Positions 26,801 to 39,062 of a stretch of DNA of 64,000 nt are shown here, one piece after another. Within the stretch, counting starts at the first letter, position 1, and each line of letters opens with the position of its first letter. Below the pieces are notes generated by a model that was not told the origin of the DNA, did no database searches, and saw only the letters and a program-made list of their open reading frames with translations. The translations under genes were made by a program, and so were the position numbers. Origin of the DNA: Tubulanus polymorphus (lineage: Eukaryota > Animalia > Nemertea); contig NC_134035.1 in the NCBI RefSeq assembly GCF_964204645.1, positions 1,860,001 to 1,924,000 on the forward strand, read 5' to 3'.

Positions 26801-29608
26801 TTGAAAATCAAGGAAAAGCCTTTGATTAGTTTACAATAGGCTTTTTGGGTACATGGTCATCTGGATTATACTTCCATGACTAGTACAGGGTGGCAACTTA
26901 TCAGGAAATCAAGGAATAGAATTTTGTAAAAAATAGAAACACTAAAACCTAATAATCAGGGGCCAGTTTAATAAACTGGTTTTACCTTTAACCCGGGGGC
27001 TAACTTAATCGATAATGAATTGAGTTAGCCCCCGGGTTAAAGGGAATACCAGTTTATAAAAACGGGCCAGGGAATCATCAGGGAAATTTTTGGATATTTC
27101 AAGATTGTGCGTAAATTCAAACAGTTTCTGTCTACGTCTTTACATATTTGACTGAATTAATTGATCGGATTCTTAGCTGATCAAGTCAGGGAAAAGTGAT
27201 CGCCCTGTAGTACCCAATGTAAAGTAAAGTATCCTCTGTGTTTCAAGGATTTCTGCACACGTCGATTTGAAGAGCGATTTGACGTCGATGAAACCGGGCG
27301 AACCGAGCTGCGATTCGTTCGTCAAGTTCGACCCGAGCATCGACACGATGGATCATCTACGCGGTGTTCAACAATGTGAGTCTCTGTCGTATTCCCCGGA
27401 GATCGGTTTGAAAGACGTTTTACAGCAATTAATGGGCGGCAACAATCGCGACCTCGACGATATCGGTACTATCATCGCTCATTCGATGCAACAGGTACGT
27501 CTGACTTCCTCAATCCTCCCTCGGCAGAGATTCGAACCTGATGACATTGCTAGACTCAGCCACAGCATTGAAACCCTGCCACACTAAACCAGGTGCACAG
27601 TTTGCCGCATGAAATCTTGCGGCACCAATCAGATTGCCCGTTGTATAATCGCTGAGGCGAATTTCAAGAAAAAACTATAACTGGAAAAACCTGGGCTGAA
27701 ATGAAACAAGATTGATATCATCTTAGCTCGGGTTTAATACCAGCTAATAACTGATGTGGATGTGTAGAATTTTATTGAGTCGAGATTTGTAGCTAAAAAT
27801 ACAGCTCTAATGTGAACTTTTTCGACTTACTAGGTGCACAGGTTTGCCGCATGAAAACTTGCGGCACCAATTAGATTGCTCCTTGTATAATCAATGAGGC
27901 AAATTTCACGAAAAGCTCTACCTGGATAAACCTAAGCTGCACATTCTGTCTAGTGTGGCAGGGTACTTGCTAATAGCTGATTTTGAAGTGTAGAATTTTA
28001 TTGAGTTGAGATTTGTAGCTGAAAATACAATTCTAATGTGATCTATTTCGATTTATCGCTTATAGAACGATCCGTCATGGGTTGTGGCTAATCTGGCAGC
28101 GCTGTACTGGAGAGTGAAGGGTCATGCGGCTAACGCAGTCAGTTGTATCCGTCTGGCGTTACATTTGAGTCCGTACAGTGTCAGCGTAAGTATTCTCATC
28201 AGGGCAAACTATCAAAAAATCTATTCATGTACTGGGATGAAATTTTAAATTTGTTCTTTTCGATAGATTCATACTGCAGGATCCCTATGACTCCTTATGA
28301 TTCCTTAAAAAACTTCTCTAAACAATGCTTTTGGAAATGCTTGAAATTCCTTTACCGGTAGTTTGAACAAAATGCCTGAAACTCCTTTAAAACTCTTTCA
28401 ATTTTGAGAAAAAGGCAATTAAAAATTTAAGAAGTTGTCTAGTAGACTGGGCCTAAATCGGTAAAGTTGGGAACAGGATTTGTTTTTGCCCAATTACCTT
28501 GGGAGGTTACTGAATTAGAAACTGCGTTTAGAAGTGTAAAGGATGAAAATTTGCTAATGAAACCAGTGAATTACTAGTTCACCGAGATAAACAGTACTGA
28601 TTTAGGAGGAATCAGTCTACTGTAAGTGATGCAGACGCTTCTTCAAAATTTGGAATTTTCTTCATTTCGGGTTCTATTGTATCTAAGTTTGTTGCAACCG
28701 AGTAGGTTCCGCTGTATTTTACGTGAATCGGTCGCAGCTCTGAAAATTTCAATTCGAATTCACTGCGAATTGATGACAATTATTCTATGTATATTCAGGA
28801 TATAGCGTTGGTGAGTTTAGCGAATGTTTTACACCGAGCTGGTCGAATCAACGACGCCATCATCGCTAACAGCATCGCGTTGGACATTTCACCCAAACTA
28901 GTCGTCATACACTTCACGATGGCGAATATCTACGCCGCGAAAAAGGTGAGTTTTATTTTCATTTATTGAGTTCCTTTATTTTTCGAGATCATTTCGCCCC
29001 AATTTTGATCATTTGATTTTAAGATGTACCGTAAAAACCGGCGTATAAGTCGAGTTTTTAACCCTTGATTTTACCACTAAATTATTGACCTCGACTTATA
29101 AGCCGAGTACAGTTTTCTACAAAGTATTTTCAGGTCACAAGAAATATTGATTCTACCAGACAAAAAAGACAGTGTTCATCTTCTCACTGCTATAACAGTT
29201 TCAATAATTATTCATGATAAATAAAGCTTATTAAGGATCCCTGACAAACAAATGATAAACTTTATGAAAATACTTTGCCGATGGTATTGATATCGGCACT
29301 TATTTACTTCAAATGGGCCTACATTGCCCGTTCTAGCTCAGCAATGTGTAGCTTAGGGACCGTATGGAAAGTTTATGGAGAATTAATTTGGGAAACCTGT
29401 AGGAACCTTGAAAGATTCACGTAAATAAAACCTGATGAATTTCCTATTCTGTGAACTTCAGAGCGATCTACAAAAAGCGATATTGTTCTACGAGTCGACG
29501 CTTGGTTTACAGTCGGGCTTCGAGCCGGCGAAGACGAGACTCCGCGCCGTGCAGTGTTTTAAAGTTCTCGCCAATCCGCACAAATATAAGAAGCAGCGAA
29601 ATCCGTAA
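8874..29608 (+). CDS. TTC17: Tetratricopeptide repeat protein 17
   Basis: 27 in-frame GT-AG exons: 8874-8978, 12442-12586, 13093-13207, 13695-13818, 14432-14548, 15505-15762, 16433-16572, 17147-17313, 18386-18534, 18893-19018, 19107-19228, 19415-19601, 20052-20129, 20442-20666, 21121-21384, 22314-22404, 23035-23307, 23858-24088, 24174-24218, 24803-24888, 24966-25136, 25845-26031, 26510-26645, 27248-27494, 28066-28185, 28799-28945, 29462-29608 (TAA). Diagnostic motifs TTHWIVTEDG, NEDKDVGLEQR, YSIHSFEHL, SWVLYNLAAFYWR and SLQRTLEDL, plus three TPR clusters. Confidence 0.93.
10046..10368 (+). repeat. 60-bp tandem repeat, ~5.4 copies (TTC17 intron 1)
   Basis: Unit gtcaaaagatcagacttgagcggagtctactgtaccatccaactcagatatcactctcaa, with an exact 60-nt period. 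Confidence 0.95.
11863..12163 (+). repeat. 56-bp tandem repeat, ~5 copies
   Basis: Unit gattactgattaatttgaacagaaatatgaaagatgttactgagggtcttactgtt. Confidence 0.9.
14746..15461. mobile_element. Tc1/mariner-type MITE carrying ~7 copies of a G-rich 91-bp tandem unit
   Basis: Left end ta|cagtcaacccccggatataccgcc; right end ggtatagcagggtttgtctg (a degenerate inverted copy). The 91-nt period is visible at 14910, 15001, 15092, 15183, 15274 and 15365. Confidence 0.7.
18522..18628 (+). repeat. 35-bp tandem triplication spanning the TTC17 exon 9 splice donor
   Basis: gtacaaaaaacag|gtaatttgtggc(a/t)gagtcttgt occurs 3 times. Confidence 0.95.
19697..19951. mobile_element. MITE family B, second copy
   Basis: Reverse-complement copy of 4618-4872. 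Confidence 0.8.
21465..21650. mobile_element. Dispersed repeat family F (transposon end fragment)
   Basis: Homologous blocks (...aaactccttcaattttgagaa..aggcaatta...gagataaacagt) at about 11543-11850, 21465-21650 and 28277-28600. Confidence 0.6.
24279..24710 (+). repeat. 60-bp tandem repeat, ~7 copies (same family as 10046-10368)
   Basis: Same unit and same orientation, in TTC17 intron 19. Confidence 0.93.
27588..28050 (+). repeat. Diverged ~240-bp tandem duplication in a TTC17 intron
   Basis: aggtgcacag.tttgccgcatgaaa.cttgcggcaccaat...tgtagaattttattgagt.gagatttgtagct occurs twice. Confidence 0.75.
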
Positions 29609-31410
29609 CCGCATCGACGACAATCGTTTCACTCGCAAATCATCACGTATTTCCGGGTCGTTTTGTCCAACGATAGTCTAGATGAAATTGAATACGACGA
29701 ATCTTGTTTTTTGAGAGAATGTTTGCATTTTTTTTTTCGAAGTACATGAACATGTATAATATCGCTGTAAAGTTGGTTAGAGTTTTAACCAGTGGATAGT
29801 TGACATAGCGACGATTAAAAGTTCATTGTAAGTATGCTCTTTATCAGCCGGTTATCTTGAACCAACTTTTGAGCAATTGAACTATTGAACAGGGGCTGCA
29901 GTTGCTCAAAAGTTGGTTAGAGTTTAACAGTGGAAAGTTGACAATTAAAAGTTCATCGTTACTATAGTATTTATCCACCGGTTATCTTTAATCAAGTTTT
30001 GAGCAACTGGCTCCAGGCCGGTTTTATAGACCAACTCTAACTTTTCTGAGAGGTATTTTAAAAACAAGTTGCTTCGAAAAACGCATCCCAGGACCCGTTT
30101 CCACGGTTGTTGGTTAAGCTGAACCGATGTCGCACTTAGAACTGCGATGTTTAGAACTGACCCCTGGTCTATAAAACCGTGGTTTATCCCACTTAGAACT
30201 CGAATACCGCTCACCGTGCCACGTGAACAAACAAAACCTTTTTTATAAAAACACCTAAAAACAACCTCTCAAAGTATGTCAGGAATTTTATGGGCTCTTA
30301 AAAAGTTGGTCAAACTTCTTATCGGCTATAAGGCTCCGTCTGCCTCTATGGTGCTGATCTCACGTAGATAAAGTTCAAATTTCTATTAGTATTTATACGA
30401 TGATGATGAAGAAAGAATTTGTTGATTCTGTGTATTGTTGATTACTCCTGATTGTGTCGTTTACTCGAGACGGGATTTTTACTACTTATTAGATTTTAAT
30501 TTTTTTCTCAATTCGGAATTCGCGTACTCAAGCCGACGTACGCGTTGTATTGTAAAGAAATGTCATTCGCTTATTTAACGTAGATGGATTTGTAAATAGT
30601 ACGTACAGATTTAGGTGTTTTTATTTCTAATATGGACAATTTTTTATTCCGATACTTATTTATTCGAGATACCGGTAATTTTCTGAATGTGTTTGAAATT
30701 TTCACGGAAACCATTTTAATTCGCTTTAAATCTGGTCGATTTCGATGATTTTTTTTTTTCAATTTGTAATTTTCCGTGTTTTTGGTGTTGGTTTGTATGA
30801 CACGAATGCTGCTGGGTTTTAGTTCATAGATGTCGGTGTTTATTTCGTAAGGTGTTTTTTAGTACACAACTGATATGCACAACTAGTTATGGTTTGAACT
30901 ATATTTGCTGGTATCAATCTGCAATCAGAGCCACCTCAGGGGCAGGTCCAGGGTCAATGGGTGTCCGAAATGTAGGGCCTGTTTCGACTAAGCATCAATT
31001 CATTGTTCACATACGCGATGATTTTTTAGATCTTCTAGAATTGGTTAAACAGCTAAGTGTTGCCACTACAGTATACTGACATTTTTTCAGTTGTTCAAGC
31101 TTAATTTCTTCGGAAAATATTAATTTTAGATATTTGAGGATGGACTTTTTAAGAGACCTCTCAGCATTTTAGGTCCGGACACCCCCTGGATCAGCTAATG
31201 CACCTCCTTCAGACGAAACATTCACTGATCATAGTTTGAAAGAGTGCTAATAAGATGTCTAATGTCTGGTGTTTTTATTTTATTTTAGATTAAAAATGTC
31301 GTGGGTTAAGTCCTGAACACATTTGAAGTCTGGACAATCAGTTTGTGAAATGTCTTATGTCTAATGTTAGTAGTTCATTTTCAACTAAAATTTTCTCAGT
31401 TGAAGTCCTG

Positions 31411-31511
31411 GGTCCAGTTCCACAGTTCCGTGTTAAGATTTAACTCTGAATTAACTCATTGGAAATGAACTAACTTCAACTCAGAGTTAACTCACCACTG
31501 TGAAACTGGGT
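31411..31511. mobile_element. Harbinger-like palindromic MITE family D
   Basis: ggtccagttccacag...ctgtgaaactgggtc flanked by CTG. Relatives at about 20290-20390, 46560-46670, 49294-49372 and 61819-62011; the last contains a nested MITE at 61880-61990. Confidence 0.75.
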
Positions 31512-34086
31512 CCTGAACACAATATGAAGTATGGACGATCACAAATTCTAAGAATGGTGATAAAATGTCGAATGTGAGAAGAGGTGCAGGTTACAGTATT
31601 GCAGTTTGATACCAGCGATATATCACTTGATTCGTAAGATTCATTAAGAATAACAATTTGAACGTTACTATTCAACGACGAATATCGAAACCCGGGTAAA
31701 AAATCATTCTGTCCATTTAGAACTGTGATATACATGTCTGATATAATATAGGCTTCTTCCCACTAACTCTTCATTTGCGCTTAGTACTTAAATAAATGAA
31801 CGAAGCCTCTTACACCGTGTGAGTTAAACTGTGCTAGCTTAATGCACCCGCGAACAGAAATCACAAAATCCAACGCAAAATGAAAGTATTTTCTGCAATA
31901 ACACAACCGATGCATGCTACAGAAATGAAACGCGTATTTTCTGGTTTCGAAAACTGGTTTCAGAATCCGTCGTTTGTTGAGATGAGTTAGTTGTATTCGA
32001 GAGAGAGAGATCATGTTTTAATGTTTCAAAATATTTCTACCGTTTGTGTGTTATTGTGAGTGTTTTTGTTTTTCCGAAAGTTTTCCACGCGATGCAAAAA
32101 TAATAATAATGGAACCATTAATGATATTGTTGTTGTCGTTGAAGACTATTTTTCATGTACTATTTGTATTCGAGAAAAGAATACATTGAAAACTGTAAAT
32201 ACCTCTACTTGAAATATGACTTGTTGATATTGATTTTACTGCATCGAGGTGCACGATTTTATGCAATGTTTTATGTACTCTGGCTTCCATTACGAGACCC
32301 TTGGCTTCGTATTGTCCGTCTTTTAGCTACTTACCTTCGTTAATAGTGGGTCGATTTTGATGAAACTTCCGTACAACATTAGCAAGGGGGTCTAGTCGTG
32401 CTGTGCAACGAATGGGCCCAGTGCACCACCTAACAGCAGAACTAGCCACTCAAAATTAAAAGTTGTCTCGACAAAATATGGCTTTGGTTTTTTGGCTATT
32501 CACTGATCAAAAATGCCCATGAACGTGTCACAAAAGACCTTCATAATAATTCCTTAGCCCCCGAGTTCCAATAAGCTCCAAAAAGACAAGAACTACTATT
32601 TTGCTTTATACATGTACAATGGTTTTTTATTTCATATTTTAATAGACGTTATAACGACCTTGCCCATGTCAATCGGTATATTTTATTCATACAGCACAAT
32701 AAGAGATATCTGTTATGGAATGAGAGTATTTTGCTAAGTTTTTATCGAAATGTAGGAATCGACCTATTTGAACCAAGTTTTGTAAGCCATTTATCGAGGC
32801 AAACTCAACTACCTGTTATATCTATCTATTCTCTTAAAATCTAAAATACATCATGTACGGCACCGATAAATACGAGGAAATAAACCTCGACAAACCATTC
32901 ACTTTTCACAAAGTATTTTCTAAATCTAATCTGGCTCATTCATAACATCCTCGCTTGCCAGGATTTGATTGCCTCCCACCAGCACAAACCCTGGATGCCA
33001 ACACACCCTTCATTGGTCTATTACACGCTTCGGCGGAAGGCAATCGAGCCCTGGCAAGCGATTTCACATATACGTAATGTTATCTATTTTGTATATTTTT
33101 GATTCATCTTTCAATATAATAACAGCGAGGAATCCACAATGACTAGTTTGATTTAAAATGTAACAATTTTCTAGCACACAACGTATTGCCTTAGTTGTTG
33201 TAGTTACACACACTAAATATTCAAATACACTTTCACTACAGAACCAAAATCCAAACCCTCGAAAAAAAAAAACTCAAAACGAATTCTATTTTATCCAATA
33301 TATAGTAATGCTTCATAGGCGTCTTCAAAGGGATTTTGCAAGTGTTTCAGATTATCTTGCTCAGCAGGGAGAAACCATTTTGTATAGATGTCCGAAACCT
33401 AACCAGGTCATTTTGCTTTGTTAGCATCAAACACAAATTCAGTCTTGTTCTCGCCCTAATAATCTTTGAATTTAATTGGGCCTTTCTATATGTTTATATG
33501 ACTCAGTGCATTCGCATTGGACAGACTTATACAGAGATGGTTCTTCTAGTTGTAAGTAGAATTTATTCACGTATAAATCAAACAGATTCTGCATAAACTC
33601 ACCCTCCGCAGCGACGCCTTTGTAGCTTACTTTAGTTTGAATCTTATCAATTTTAGGCATAAAAACCCGGCGCAAATAAGCATAAGAAAATAATGATATT
33701 TTCACGTGTTCTGAACATTGTCAACGTTTTCTACTACATGTTGTACAGTAAACCTCGCCTATCTTAAAATTAAAATAGGCAAAATTGGTCCCAGGTAAAA
33801 GAATCCCGAGTTCAAGCTGGGAACTTACGCAAGGATAACTGATTTTCCCACGTATATTTACGCCGGGCTTCAATACACTAAACACAGCACTAGACAATTA
33901 AACCTAGACCTGACTTTATTCAACAATACATCATATATCTATCTATCTATATATATATACAGTTGTCTATACATGATGAATATTTGTTTGTACAGTATTT
34001 TAAATCTGACCGATCTAACAGTACACGTACGTACACACACACACACACACACGTGTGCAGGAAGGGAATCAATAATTTAAACCTAA

Positions 34087-37000
34087 CTATACTTTAACCG
34101 TCGATTCTAACATGTCGATATTTAACTTATAATATACGTAGGGATAGTATTCGCCTTGATGTAAATTCAATCCCGGAATGTCCATACCCGGCTGAAAAAA
34201 AACAAACGCAAACGAGAAGGATATTATTAATCGTCAGTTTTGTTGGTGAAATGCCAGGTTTAATTCATGAATTACAGAAAACTTCTTATAAACTTTTCTT
34301 TCTTTCAGTGCTGACTAATTAATACTCTATCGTGCTGGAGATAATTTGAAAATTTTGAAAAATTTCACCCTAGTGTGTTGAATAATGGGCATACTGCTAC
34401 AGTGTGTCATACACCGCACTGCAGTGTAGACGCACTGAAAGGGTTAATGGGACCATACATAAGTATGTATGCATCCATTGGGCTTTTTGAAATTTTTTTA
34501 AAAAGAAAGCACTTTATAAGGGCCTTACTGCAAAATATGCACTTTTATCCACTTAGGAGAGTTGTCGCTACGATAGAAGTGGCTTACCTCGTGTCGGCCT
34601 AAATTAGCTGTGTCGAGGTGGGCGTAATGTGAATTCAATACTTCGCGCAGTTTTTTGATCGATTTTCGATGAGGTCGCAACAACACGGCTTGGAAATTCA
34701 CCGGTAAACCGTACCTACAAAACAACAACAACGCGTTCATTATTCCTGTCAGAATTAGATCGACTCTGAAGGAATTCGGAGATAATTCTACGTACCTCAG
34801 AACAGATTCTACGAATACCCTTAACGCTTTAACGTGGATCCAGGCTGTGAAAGCCTCGCTGAAATTCACTTTCAACCAACGCACCAATGGACCCTACAAT
34901 TATAACATAGCATCCTACGTACAGCAGGGTGGTGCTACTGACCTGGAGAAAACTAGGGGATGCAGAAAAATCGGGGAAAATTTGGATTGGAATTGGAAAT
35001 TGGAATTTTGATTATTTCGTTATCATTAAATCATCATAATGAATAAATTGTAAAATATTAATCCAAGACATTTCATCAATCACCGGATGCAAATTCACTC
35101 GGGGAATTTGTAAATGGGGTGAAACAGTGTCCACCCTTGTCTAAGCCTTAAAATACTGGAATGGAAATATTTTCACGTCTGTTCGACCGACTTTGAATGG
35201 AATGCTTCAGTTATGACTATTACTAGAGCTCAACAGTAAATTGAATCAGTAGATTGAAAATTTAAACTTACAAATTGTTTCTTTTTGTCAGTAGCCAGTT
35301 TGGTGAGTTCAGTTTTGCCGGCGGCGAGCTCGGTTTCATTGTATACAAAATCTCTGACAATAAATCTACAATATAATCATAATAATAGCATTGACATTGC
35401 ATTAACCGTGTAACATACATTTAGTAAAATATAACTCTAACTCTGCGTTTTCCACGAGAGCTTTCAGAGAGGGATGACCACCGCTGTCATATTTACAGCA
35501 ACCTCTTATTGAAAATCAGAGCCACCCCTATCGAAAACTGCCGCCCATAATGTCACTGTTCTATCAGTACTGATTATTGCTTTGTCCAGTATAGTAAACC
35601 TCGCCTTACACAGACATGGCCAACTCGGACTTTGGGACTAATTCGGACAAAAACGTTATCGTTTTCCTGACTTGCTAACATATTTTCCTATCCTACCTCA
35701 GACCAATTTTGCCAGTCCCAGTTTGTTCAAGTTAACCGAGGCTTACTATAGTAAATAACTGTGACGGATAACAGCAAAAAATAAGCTAAACTTTCAATAT
35801 TTAGGAGGAGACCGAAACCCCTGACCAAAAGCTTTGTATGATGTACTTTAGTATCAGGCGCCGGCAATGTTACTCATGATAAACAATGAATGCAGCCCTT
35901 CTGAAAACCAGCCTATGGAGAACACTGTGAACTGTGTTTATCATCAATCGATGACTTACTTGTTCTCTCTGCATTTATGTTTATATTCGTCGACAGCTCG
36001 TTTGAATAAACTCACGGTGAACAAACCGTGTTCATTGTCTTCGTATAACATCCTGAAAAATCAGATAATAAAACCGATCGAAGGTGACTTTAAACTCCAC
36101 CCACTTTCGCCTTAAAAATCTCTCTAAAAGACACCGACCTGCTCGATCTGGGAACGACCATGTCAGTCAGTTCTTCGTACGTCGACGCCCATTCTTTATA
36201 CATCACCCTGGAAAATCAGAAATTAATAGTTCATCTCTAAATCATGGGAGTTTCCGAAACGAACTCCACGGAATAATCAAAGACGCACTTCGGAATAACG
36301 ACGAGTAACGTCTCGAGATATTCGGATTCCATCACGAAATCTTCTTTCTTCACCAGATCACCGATATTCCTCGTCAGAAGACTTCCGCTATAAATAACAA
36401 TGATTATAGATATGAAAACAATGTCAGAATCAGTGCCAAATCTTCAAACATTAAATTCAGTATCATTGGATGTAAAGGAGGGATGCGGGTGAGTGGTTAG
36501 AGCGCTCGACTCCGGGATACCAGGTCGTGGGTTCAAACCACGTACATTACCATACTGTATCCCCGGGTAAGACTCTTGTAGTCATTGCGTTTTTTCTACA
36601 CTGGAGACAAAATAGGTACCTGACAAATCACTCCTGAGCGCAGAGTAGAGTTTCTCTGATGTCACTTTTCCCCAGGGGGATACATGGGTAAAGTTTAAGG
36701 TATAATCATACCAGTTGATAGAAGCATATCTGTAAAGTGCTCATGAACAGCCCCGTTATTATTAGTATGATCATATATTTACGTTTGTTTTCGCTCTAGG
36801 GACATCAAGTTGCCTTTCAGGTTGTTGTACGCAGTCGCTTTCACTTTCAAATCGGAATCTATTTGACCTACTTGCTGTAAAATATAAAATACCATTCAAT
36901 TCCATTGAGTTCAAGAATATCAATATACTAACCGACCGAACCTCGCGAAGCGCAATTACTCACCTTGCTAACTATGTCACATATATTCTGCAGCGATTGT

Positions 37001-38023
37001 TTCACCGGATATTTGGCCATATCCCACTGAAACCTGGTGATGTACGTGCCCAAATCCACTGAAATATCAACAACATAACGTTAACATAAAGTTTAAATTT
37101 CTTGTTTACCAAATTCAACAGTACTTGGTTCCATTTAACTCTATTTCAATGCTTTATTCTCCAGAGTCAAATATAATCAGGGTGGCCACTTCTAGTTCAT
37201 TTTCAATGATTAATGGCTGAGTCAAACTCTTCTTACGACGACGATGATATCGAAATACTTACTTCCATTCGCGAGAAGGTTCTCCTGCAGTTTGTCGCGT
37301 TGCTCCTCTAAAACCTCAGCGAGATATTGCGCCACTTTGTGAGCGATCATTTCGCAATACGCGTCTAGTTTACCCAGATCATCGGAGAGTCCGACCAGTA
37401 CGTCTAATGTACCAACCTATAGATATTAAAAAACAATCAGTCAATATTTGTGAACCTGATCCATTCACTCACCATACAGGTGAGAGATAATTCCTTAGAA
37501 TACATGCCTGATTTCCCCAAAATTCCCTGATCAAATCCATAGATATCCTTAACAGTGGCTACTTAATATCAGGAGTTTCCTTATGCCACTCTCATCACCA
37601 AAAAATTCAAATTTTACGATTTTCAACAAAAGTCAGGATTCCCTGACTTTCACAGCAAGCAAAAGATAATTAGGAATTCCCTGATTTTCGACATCTTTAA
37701 GAATCCGGTGAGCACTGGGTAACTCTGAAGTTATCTTGACCCCTCTCTAGCCCATCAATTGCTGTGCAGTATCTGGTCCGAAGGATTCCCTCTGAATCTA
37801 ATCTACACCTAACGTTTTATGTGACAGTAACAAAATTGTTCTAATTAACTAATCTAGACCTAAGCCAAGCGCGGTAGGATGCATACTATACCTTTAAGTC
37901 TGGAATATGGAACTTCCAGTTGACAGAGAGATTATTTTGTTTGGTCGTTATTCGTACCAAATTCTCCCATGTTTGCTGGCAGGTTTTTTCTCCTGGCGAA
38001 GAAATCAGCCAAAACTCTGTCAT
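34087..38023 (-). CDS. ATP6V1C1: V-type proton ATPase subunit C
   Basis: Minus-strand exons 38023-37892, 37416-37263, 37058-36964, 36874-36783, 36387-36289, 36207-36139, 36052-35960, 35365-35272, 34893-34796, 34714-34588, 34191-34087 (TAG). Motifs [80 protein letters not shown] and EYYPYVYYK. Confidence 0.96.
35593..35751. mobile_element. Tc1/mariner-type MITE (TA-flanked, TAGTAAACCTCG termini)
   Basis: ta|tagtaaacctcg...cgaggcttacta|ta. Relatives at about 1461-1587 and 33745. Confidence 0.6.
36480..36765 (+). mobile_element. tRNA-derived SINE, antisense in an ATP6V1C intron
   Basis: A-box (gagtggttagagc) and B-box (ggttcaaacc). The central block ccccgggtaagact...aaataggtacc resembles conserved SINE central domains. 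The tail tgtaaagtgct...ttattatta resembles L2-type 3' ends. Confidence 0.65.
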
Positions 38024-38339
38024 CCTAAAAAACAGATCAGGCAAAAAGTTTGAAATAAATTCCATTAAAGAAGGGGAAAGTAGGTGGGCGCTACAGGCGA
38101 GTTTCGAGGGCACAGTATACAAATCTGGTGGCGAGCTCATTTTAATAGTTTCAGATATGTAGTTATTTCCTGGAATAAACCTGCCGCGAATCAGATCACC
38201 ATAGTTAAGTAGGCCTTCTTGGCAAAAAATTGTTCGATCAAGTCTACCGTTTTTTTTTTGACAGTCATTTTTGTCAACGGTTTTAGGTATAAATTTACAT
38301 AGAATTCAACATATCATAAGTACTAAATAATCTATTTAC

Positions 38340-38476
38340 CTGAATGTATACGATGTGTCGATTGGAGGCCCGAAAATCTCAACAGATGACGTCGATTTCT
38401 TGAAAAGATCAGTGAAAAACTCGATTATTCTAAAATTTATGAAATTATGACATTCGCCATTTTGTACTCACGTGAC
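38340..38476 (-). promoter_or_regulatory. ATP6V1C non-coding first exon and promoter with CLEAR/E-box and YY1-type motifs
   Basis: Minus strand reads GTCACGTGAG (38476-38467) followed by tacAAAATGGCG. Donor CAG|GTAAAT at 38340; acceptor TTTTAG|G ATG at 38024. Confidence 0.6.
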
Positions 38477-39062
38477 ACGGGCTGACGACGAGCTATTTAC
38501 CGACAGAATCCGTTCCGATCAATCCTAAACTAGGTAGCAGCACCGTACAGTCCTCTGGTGTAATTTCTCCCACCTGCGGGCTCGAGATTGTCCGTAAGGG
38601 TCGCATAAGTAATTTTCACATTTGAGTAAATATTCCATCAGTTAATAGAAATTATATGGTTCAGTAACGGGGAAATTCCGCTAAGAGAACGTACGGCGGT
38701 TATCTCACGGGGAAATTATCTAAAGCATATTATTTATCCAGCAAATTTTTATTGTGCCGTAACGACTATATTTAAACATTATTGAATTTTAGGAGCAAAT
38801 AGTAGGCTTATCATTAGCTTGTTCGATATCAGGATTTTACTTTATAGATAAAGTTTACTAGTTTCGTATTCAATAACCAAAGGCAATCTTTTTCTAAAAA
38901 TCATTTCTCCCTGGGGTGTGAAAGATTGTGATCGCCATCAGTTGCTTGATTGGCCGGTCTTGTTGTTTTCAATAACCGTCTTACATTGCGATAAAAAAAG
39001 GAATGAAAACCTCAATTTTGTTCTGAAATTCACATCTATTTATTTCTTACTCAATTGATAAG

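Noticed and set aside
37543-37553. ATATCCTTAAC resembling U12-intron signals
   Set aside because: It lies on the strand opposite ATP6V1C, and all reconstructed introns have ordinary U2-type GT-AG ends.
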